This document shows, in pieces, positions 14,784 to 20,765 of a DNA stretch of 28,021 nt (position 1 is the first letter of the stretch; every line of letters starts with the position of its first letter). The DNA is from a virus (taxonomy: Duplodnaviria > Caudoviricetes): positions 1 to 28,021 of IMG/VR virus record IMGVR_UViG_3300032225_001834; one strand, 5' to 3'. The notes beneath the pieces are model-generated. The model ran no database searches, was not told the origin of the DNA, and saw nothing but the letters and a program-made list of their open reading frames with translations. The position numbers were made by a program, and so were the translations under genes.

Positions 14784-14853
14784 GCCCCTATCTATGCCCA
14801 CAGGTATAACTATGGACATAGATAGAGGCGGGGACACATAAGTGCCCCCGCCT
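14784..14853 (-). other. Two overlapping RNA hairpins downstream of the first leftward gene
   Basis: 20-bp stem at 14784-14829 (3 G-U) and 12-bp GC-rich stem at 14826-14853 (1 G-U), both fully paired on the minus strand. Confidence 0.75.
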
Positions 14854-14869
14854 ACTACCTCAGGAGAGA

Positions 14870-15418
14870 TTAGGCGTTAACCTTCTCCTTCTCCTGAACC
14901 TTGTTGCTCTCATACTGAGAGAGCAACTTCTCGAACTTGACCTTTAGCGTCATTACTAATGCGTCAGACGCAACAGTAGGGACGATAATGGTCTTAGCGA
15001 CCTTGTCGAACTGGTCGCTTAGTGCCTCGAGTTGGGCAACAATGGCTGTGCCAGCCATAGCGTCTGCCATTGCCATTGACTTCTTCTCGTCAATAGCGAT
15101 AGCGGATACACGGGCTAGTTCGCCCAGCATTGCCTCGCGTGTGGTTTGCACACGGATAGAGGCATAGTTGTTGGCAATGAAGGTGATGTTCATAGTCTTG
15201 GCATCTACGCCAGACTTATGGACATACCACGCAGCGTAGGCTGTGCCTACATTCTGCTTGCCCTTCAGACCCACGAGCAGGTGCTCGGGGGTAACAGCAG
15301 GGTCAGCAGCATACTCCGCTACTATCTCGGAGATGTGCCAGCCCTTCTTGTCATTGAAGCGGTCACACAAGGCGGTAATGCGTGCCTGTGTGCTTTCAGT
15401 CAACTGTGCTAGTGACAT
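14870..15418 (-). CDS. Hypothetical Ala-rich protein, first gene of the leftward arm
   Basis: 182-aa ORF; visibly more G/C-ending codons than the rightward-arm genes. Confidence 0.85.
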   Translation of the reverse strand: MSLAQLTESTQARITALCDRFNDKKGWHISEIVAEYAADPAVTPEHLLVGLKGKQNVGTAYAAWYVHKSGVDAKTMNITFIANNYASIRVQTTREAMLGELARVSAIAIDEKKSMAMADAMAGTAIVAQLEALSDQFDKVAKTIIVPTVASDALVMTLKVKFEKLLSQYESNKVQEKEKVNA

Positions 15419-15461
15419 TGGCTTGCTTTCTCGGGGTAGGTCGTTCGCCTGCCCCCGCCCC

Positions 15462-15489
15462 CATTCACTAGCCTAATGACTAGTGAATG
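15462..15489. repeat. Perfect 10-bp inverted repeat in the divergence region
   Basis: CATTCACTAG-CCTAATGA-CTAGTGAATG. Confidence 0.8.
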
Positions 15490-15647
15490 AGAGTAGGTGC
15501 AGGAGTCGGAGTCCTTTTCCCTATGCCCCTGATGGGTTACACTCTTGTATTAAACCCCCCCACCCTTAAAGCCCGTCGAACCCGCCGATTGACGAGGCGA
15601 GACGAACTAGCAGCTCTGGATCGGGTAAGACAGTGGCCTAAATCTCA

Positions 15648-15669
15648 AAATGTGATAAGGGTCACACTT
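15648..15669. promoter_or_regulatory. CRP/GlxR-type binding site
   Basis: AAATGTGA-TAAGGG-TCACACTT: perfect TGTGA-N6-TCACA core with A/T flanks, in the divergent intergenic region. Confidence 0.65.
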
Positions 15670-15755
15670 TTAATAATTGAGGCAGTGGCTTGCTCTATCT
15701 ATGATCATAGTTTTACTGGAGTAAAAATTGGCGGGGAGCTGTACAATCAGAATCT

Positions 15756-15869
15756 ATGGATGACAAAGAGCGTCTTAAGCAGTGGACTTGTGCTTTCTGT
15801 GGCAAAATCTACGTAGTATCGTCGCTAGCGAGGGGTTGTGAAGAAAAATGTCTAGACAAGATCACATAG
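15756..15869 (+). CDS. 37-aa zinc-finger microprotein (not in the ORF track)
   Basis: MDDKERLKQWTCAFCGKIYVVSSLARGCEEKCLDKIT*; TACAAT -10-like hexamer at 15742-15747 just upstream, so possibly leaderless. Confidence 0.7.
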   Translation: MDDKERLKQWTCAFCGKIYVVSSLARGCEEKCLDKIT

Positions 15870-16354
15870 GTCACAACATAGGTCCAGATGAGGCTAACAA
15901 GAAGCTCAACCTGGCTGCAGCTATGTATGGCTTCAAGGATCCAGCATTTCGTGATGAACCGGTTGATGATCCATCAGATGGCTACACCTCTGCTTATTTT
16001 GGTGACGGGTGGGAACAGATGCCTGCTCCATCAACTGGTAAGAGGCGGAGAGCTCTATGGATTGGCTACCATCGTGGCATGGAGATGCTAGTGGTCATCT
16101 TTACAACTAAGACCAGTACAAAGACTAGAAAGACCGGTAAGCCTGCTGGCGTACGAGAGTTCTATGGAACAGTACAGCCATGGTACAGATATGAAGATGT
16201 AGATCAAGAGATGTGGGATGAGTTGGCGGGCTACCACTCAACTGGGGAATGGCTAAAGTTCTCAGGGGTAGAGAATGGTAATTACTATCCTACAAGTAGA
16301 GAGAAGCTCGATGAGCTTACAACGGAATATAAGAACTCTTTAAATAGACCATAA
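15848..16354 (+). CDS. KTSC-domain-like protein
   Basis: IGYH.....LVVIF.(insert).WYRYEDVD.EMWDEL....STGEWL parallels the KTSC pattern GYD....L.V.F....Y.Y..VP......l..a.S.G.y. Confidence 0.65.
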   Translation: MSRQDHIGHNIGPDEANKKLNLAAAMYGFKDPAFRDEPVDDPSDGYTSAYFGDGWEQMPAPSTGKRRRALWIGYHRGMEMLVVIFTTKTSTKTRKTGKPAGVREFYGTVQPWYRYEDVDQEMWDELAGYHSTGEWLKFSGVENGNYYPTSREKLDELTTEYKNSLNRP

Positions 16355-16431
16355 TCTAATTTATCCACTATAATTAAAATAGAGCTGCCAAACGGAGCTC
16401 AATTTACTAGTTATCGTCTAAGGAGATAATT

Positions 16432-16950
16432 ATGGCTAATATGCCCATGTCCGGAAACCCTAAAGATCCATTCAGAGATCGTTACCCAGATCCATGGAAT
16501 CATAAGGAATATCCAAAAATCACTAAAACACCGGAAGTTCTAACTATCACATCCCTCTTTCCTCAGTTTAATCGCTGGGCAATCGGATTTGATCCAATGT
16601 TAGATACCTTCAAACAAGTAGCAGCTAATTCAAAGGCTGCCGGTTATCCCCCATATAACATCTACAAGAGTAAGGACACATACGTCCTAGAACTGGCTGT
16701 AGCAGGCTTTGCCAAGGAAGATATCAAAATCTCCGTACAAGAGCTCACACTGACCGTAGAAGGCGAATTAGGGGTACTCCAGGAGGAAGCTATCCATAAG
16801 GGAATTGCAACCAGAGACTTCAAGCAAGACTTCGTATTAGCGGAGTATGTAGTTGTCAAGGGTGCAGAACTTAAGGATGGATTGTTACGAATCACTCTGC
16901 AGCAGGAACTTCCAGAAGAGAAGAAAGCAAAGATTATTACAATCAAATAA
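16432..16950 (+). CDS. Small heat-shock protein Hsp20 (IbpA-like)
   Basis: IGFD, YPPYNI, LELAVAGF, HKGIA.RDF...F.L, A.LKDGLL.I.L..P. Confidence 0.95.
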   Translation: MANMPMSGNPKDPFRDRYPDPWNHKEYPKITKTPEVLTITSLFPQFNRWAIGFDPMLDTFKQVAANSKAAGYPPYNIYKSKDTYVLELAVAGFAKEDIKISVQELTLTVEGELGVLQEEAIHKGIATRDFKQDFVLAEYVVVKGAELKDGLLRITLQQELPEEKKAKIITIK

Positions 16951-16952
16951 CC

Positions 16953-16961
16953 TGCTATAAT
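16953..16961 (+). promoter_or_regulatory. Extended -10 promoter upstream of the tRNA
   Basis: TGC-TATAAT (TGn-TATAAT), followed by hairpin GCCCTAG/CTAGGGC and then the tRNA. Confidence 0.55.
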
Positions 16962-17002
16962 TATAAAGAGCCCTAGTATGGTATCGCCCTGCTAGGGCAC
17001 TT

Positions 17003-17074
17003 TGATCTTTAGCTCAGCGGCAGAGCGGGGCACTGTTAATGCCTAGGTCCCTGGTTCGATCCCAGGAAGGTCAG
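17003..17074 (+). tRNA. tRNA-Asn (GTT), CCA not encoded
   Basis: Acceptor TGATCTT/AAGGTCA, D-arm GCTC/GAGC, anticodon arm GGGCA-CTGTTAA-TGCCT, T-arm CCTGG-TTCGATC-CCAGG, discriminator G. Confidence 0.95.
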
Positions 17075-17121
17075 CTAGTATGTAGTTACACCAGTAACTG
17101 CCCGCCGAAAGTTTGGAAATT

Positions 17122-17229
17122 ATGGAAGATTTAAAATTAGATGTGCTCTGCTTCAATTGTGGGGTAATGTACCAAGTTCCTGTTGGAACTAACAAACCAA
17201 CTACTAAATGCCCGGAGTGTTCAGACTAA
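17122..17229 (+). CDS. 35-aa zinc-ribbon microprotein (not in the ORF track)
   Basis: MEDLKLDVLCFNCGVMYQVPVGTNKPTTKCPECSD*; TAATG overlap with the next gene. Confidence 0.7.
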   Translation: MEDLKLDVLCFNCGVMYQVPVGTNKPTTKCPECSD

Positions 17230-17390
17230 TGCCAAAGTATGACTACAAGTGCAACACCTGTAACAGCGTGCAAGAGATTACCCGCGAGTTTGGTGAGGAT
17301 CATGAACCTACTTGTTGTCAGAGTAGCATGTCTCGTATCTGGTCAGCTACCCCCGCTATATTTCGTGGTGGAGGGTGGGGAGGTAAGTAA
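17229..17390 (+). CDS. FmdB-family zinc-ribbon protein
   Basis: MPKYDYKCNTC....E..........CC...M.RI.S.....F.G.GW. Confidence 0.85.
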   Translation: MPKYDYKCNTCNSVQEITREFGEDHEPTCCQSSMSRIWSATPAIFRGGGWGGK

Positions 17391-17815
17391 TGTCAGATAG
17401 ATATCGGGCTAAGAGGTTTATGCCTTCAGTTGACCCCGATAACTATGCTGCCATTGCTGCTGCCCTAAGACATGACCGTGAGACCAGCAGACTATGCGGT
17501 CCAGGCTATGAAGAGATCTACGCCCCTCAATCTGACCCTTTAAGGCCTAGAGCCCAAAAGTGTTGTTACAACCCCGCTACAGAGACCCTAGTCATTGTAA
17601 TGACAGACCCCGGCGTCGGTGGTAGACCGAGCTACACTTGGATCCAGTATGATATGGTTATCCCTGAAATGTGGCAAGAGCTAAAGTCAGGCACATCTAC
17701 AAATGAATTTGTTACTCAGGCCTTAAATGGTTGGCCTTGGTTAACCACGTCGTTTGGACAATTGCCTAGAACTCGCTCTGAAACATTTGAAATGGGTTTT
17801 CAAGAATACTTGTAA
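17390..17815 (+). CDS. Second KTSC-domain-like protein
   Basis: RPRA...CYNPATETLVIVM....WIQYDMVIPEMWQELKSGTSTNEFV; alignable by eye with 15848-16354. Confidence 0.65.
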   Translation: MSDRYRAKRFMPSVDPDNYAAIAAALRHDRETSRLCGPGYEEIYAPQSDPLRPRAQKCCYNPATETLVIVMTDPGVGGRPSYTWIQYDMVIPEMWQELKSGTSTNEFVTQALNGWPWLTTSFGQLPRTRSETFEMGFQEYL

Positions 17816-17842
17816 TAACCTAAAGATCTACGAGAGGGTAAG

Positions 17843-18409
17843 ATGACAACGTTAGTAGCAATACAAGGTGACGGCTGGTCTGTTATTGGATGTGACTCAC
17901 GTGCGTCTAGTGAAGATGGTCGCTATATGGATTTAGCAACTCCAAAGATTGTTGATAACAATGGAGTTCTAATTGCTGTATCTGGTGCCTCCCGCGGTGG
18001 AAACATTACCCAGTTTGGTTGGAAACCGCCAAAACCTCGTGCAAGTGAAAACCTAGATGTTTTTGTAACTAATCGTTTTATCCCACAGATGCGTGAAGCA
18101 TTTATCAAAGCTGGTTATGATGCCAAAGATGACGGCGATGCAGCAGGCCATGACTCTAACCTCATAGTTTCTATTCGTGGTGTCCTCTACCCTATCTTTG
18201 AAGATTACTCTTGGGATCGTGAAGCCCGCAACGTTTACTATGCCGGTTCTGGTGGGGATGTAGCTCTTGGGGCACTTGAGGCTTTAGAGTACACTAAGGC
18301 TAAAACGCCAGCAGCTGCCGAAAAAATATTGCGTAAAGCTGTAGAGATTGCCTGCAAGCACGATATTTATTCTGGTGGAAAGATCATTACACACATACAA
18401 ACGGCCTAA
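17843..18409 (+). CDS. Proteasome beta-subunit/HslV-like Ntn threonine protease
   Basis: N-terminal MTTLVAI...DSR (catalytic Thr exposed by Met removal), PKI, GSGG..ALGAL, DIYSGG. Confidence 0.88.
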   Translation: MTTLVAIQGDGWSVIGCDSRASSEDGRYMDLATPKIVDNNGVLIAVSGASRGGNITQFGWKPPKPRASENLDVFVTNRFIPQMREAFIKAGYDAKDDGDAAGHDSNLIVSIRGVLYPIFEDYSWDREARNVYYAGSGGDVALGALEALEYTKAKTPAAAEKILRKAVEIACKHDIYSGGKIITHIQTA

Positions 18410-18481
18410 TCCTTAATACTATTATTCCTGTCTCTAAGTGCACCGAGACGATAAACCCTCTATATAGAAAAAGGTAAAATA

Positions 18482-19444
18482 ATGGCCGTAAATAACAATG
18501 GCAATTTGCTTGATACCTCAGGCAACATTGCAGTAGATTTCGTATGGGGAAACTTCCCTATGCAACCAAACGATGATCGCACAGACGGAACAGCTGTTGA
18601 AAAGGTTGCAAATAACGCAACTGGTAACAAGCAATGGTCAGGATACTCAGTGTATCCAAGTGCTCGTCTAAACGCATCTTACGATAGCCACGCTATCGCA
18701 GAAGCAGAGTGGGCTAACTATCCATCATTTATTGCAGCTGAACCTAATTACATGGTTTCAGCAGTATCAGGTGATGGAACAACAGTTACATACACATGTC
18801 AGAATTACTTCAAGGGTGGAGAGACCGTAAACATTACAGGTCTTACTAAGTCAGCTTACAACCTTTCATCTGCAACAGTTGTAAACCCAACTAAGGTTTC
18901 ATTCCAAGTAACTAACGCAGCTAACGTTGGCACTTTGACAGGTCAACTTGGTAAGGTTGAATCAACAACTGCTCTTACAGCAGCTGATGGTGCAGGAATT
19001 GCTTACATCAATGTACCTTCAGTAATTGGTAATACAACCGCTGTTGCTCTTGATCAACTTCTAGATGCTGGTTACGAAGCAGCTAATATCACTACAGCTA
19101 CAGCAGCTACAAACGCAGCTTCAACAATCACAGCAGTTTCACGCACAGGTACAACAGCAACAATCACCTCTTCAGGTGCTGGTGCAAAGTACCCAGTTGG
19201 AACTAAGATTACAGTTGCAAGCCTAGTATCACCAGATACAGCTCTTAACGGTACTTGGACAGTTACAGCAGTTGCTACAAACACTGTTTCTTTCACAACA
19301 ACAACTTCAGGAACCCTATCAACAACTGGTCTTTCAGTTGCTGGCCTAACAGGTGTTACTGGAACAATCAAGACTCAGTCAACAGCAGCAGGCGCTGCCT
19401 CAACTGCAACAACAGCTACAATCACAATCACACCGTTTGCATAA
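18482..19444 (+). CDS. Thr/Ala-rich PASTA-like domain protein with beta-strand repeats (likely virion-associated)
   Basis: VPSVIG.T...A...L.DAG...GTIKTQS.AAG PASTA-like motif; two related beta modules; strongly biased codons; followed by a terminator. Confidence 0.7.
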   Translation: MAVNNNGNLLDTSGNIAVDFVWGNFPMQPNDDRTDGTAVEKVANNATGNKQWSGYSVYPSARLNASYDSHAIAEAEWANYPSFIAAEPNYMVSAVSGDGTTVTYTCQNYFKGGETVNITGLTKSAYNLSSATVVNPTKVSFQVTNAANVGTLTGQLGKVESTTALTAADGAGIAYINVPSVIGNTTAVALDQLLDAGYEAANITTATAATNAASTITAVSRTGTTATITSSGAGAKYPVGTKITVASLVSPDTALNGTWTVTAVATNTVSFTTTTSGTLSTTGLSVAGLTGVTGTIKTQSTAAGAASTATTATITITPFA

Positions 19445-19458
19445 GCTTAAAGCAAATA

Positions 19459-19490
19459 AAAGAGCCGGGAGTTCACGCTCCCGGCTTTTT
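19459..19490 (+). terminator. Intrinsic terminator
   Basis: AGCCGGGAG-TTCACG-CTCCCGGCT-TTTT. Confidence 0.9.
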
Positions 19491-19512
19491 GCTTTAGTGG
19501 GATACTAATCCC

Positions 19513-19794
19513 ATGACCCACCTAAAGAAACATCAGCACCATAAACTCCACAAACACCACAAAACTAAAGATGTGGCTGTGGTAGGTCGTTTAGGTGGCG
19601 GGTATCCTGTATACGGAGCATTAGACTGGTATCAGGATCTTTATGGTATAGGATTGACCGGTGTAGGAAACTACGGCGGGTCAAATATGGACTCAACATC
19701 AAGTCAGGGGACAAATAGCAATGACACAGATAGCGGAGCCGCAGCAACTGGAGACGCAGCTGGAGGAACAGCGGCAGGGTCGGGTTCAATGTGA
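19513..19794 (+). CDS. Low-complexity protein with a His/Lys-rich N-terminus and Gly/Ser/Ala tail
   Basis: MTHLKKHQHHKLHKHHK...; TGG-GATACT -10-like element 6 nt before the ATG, so possibly leaderless. Confidence 0.65.
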   Translation: MTHLKKHQHHKLHKHHKTKDVAVVGRLGGGYPVYGALDWYQDLYGIGLTGVGNYGGSNMDSTSSQGTNSNDTDSGAAATGDAAGGTAAGSGSM

Positions 19795-19936
19795 TTCTTG
19801 CTCTGCCAGAGCACTAATCATATCTATCTTGCCTTATGGCGAGTTATCTTTCTGCATGCACCACTATAATCAGAACGCTCAAGCACTTACAGACCAGGGC
19901 GGAATTGCTAAACTTTTGTCTGTAACTGAAGACTAG
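19721..19936 (+). CDS. Small actinobacterial-type Zn-binding protein (CDxC...FCxHH, DUF7455-like)
   Basis: CDSCSARA.......GEL.FCMHH.....AL. Confidence 0.7.
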   Translation: MTQIAEPQQLETQLEEQRQGRVQCDSCSARALIISILPYGELSFCMHHYNQNAQALTDQGGIAKLLSVTED

Positions 19937-19949
19937 GATCGGAAATCAC

Positions 19950-20765
19950 ATGAATTTTGGCAAAGGCGGACAAAACATTGTCCAGTCCGGCAGCAACAAC
20001 CCTAACGTGTTTAAAGGCGCCGGCAACATTCTTGGTACATTCCTTGGAACTAAGATGCGTCGTCAAGAGCGTGATTACCACCGTGAAAAAGATTATGCAG
20101 CACGTAAAGATTTTGAAGATTACAAAAATGAATCAAAAGTAAAATCCAACCTTCTTGAAGGTATTATGTCTCCACACGTAATTGGTAATTATTTTGATGT
20201 GGCTAATGAAGCTCATGATGAGAATAGCCCTGAAGTTATTAATAAGGTTGAAAACCCTGAAACAGGTGTTGCGTATAAAGCAGGGGATCTTAAACGCCCT
20301 CAGTTTGCAGGTTTTGTAAACAATTACGGTGTTCAAACTAGTAAACATGGAATTCTTCCAGGGCAACCTGCAAAAGGTGTTTTACAAGAACAAGAACGTA
20401 ATAAGCGTAGAAACGCTGATACAAAAATTCCTAGTGCAGAACCTTTTGAAAAGTCAGATGTAAATGATGAAGCTGGAACCATTCCTAAATTTGGTAAGGA
20501 TGCTTCAGGTAACGTAACTGTTAATCGTAAAGAAATTACATTAAATGATATTAACAAAAAGCGTCGTAGTATTGCTAAGGTAGGGTATGAAAATGCCAAG
20601 CCTGTAAACAATGTGCCTATGAGCATGCGTACCGAAGATTCAGTAGCTCCAACAGATCGTGAATGGACTCCTGAACAAAAAGCATCGTTAGAGTCTGAAC
20701 GACCAGCTCCAAGAACAGAAAATCTTAATACCGGAATAAATGATGGAAAAGGCGGAAATTACTAA
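19950..20765 (+). CDS. Hypothetical protein
   Basis: 271-aa ORF, AT-rich codons, TAATG-coupled to the next gene. Confidence 0.85.
   Translation: MNFGKGGQNIVQSGSNNPNVFKGAGNILGTFLGTKMRRQERDYHREKDYAARKDFEDYKNESKVKSNLLEGIMSPHVIGNYFDVANEAHDENSPEVINKVENPETGVAYKAGDLKRPQFAGFVNNYGVQTSKHGILPGQPAKGVLQEQERNKRRNADTKIPSAEPFEKSDVNDEAGTIPKFGKDASGNVTVNRKEITLNDINKKRRSIAKVGYENAKPVNNVPMSMRTEDSVAPTDREWTPEQKASLESERPAPRTENLNTGINDGKGGNY

Noticed and set aside
15487-15816. 109-aa + strand ORF in the divergence region
   Set aside because: No RBS, unprotein-like composition, and it runs through regulatory palindromes and overlaps a better 37-aa zinc-finger ORF.
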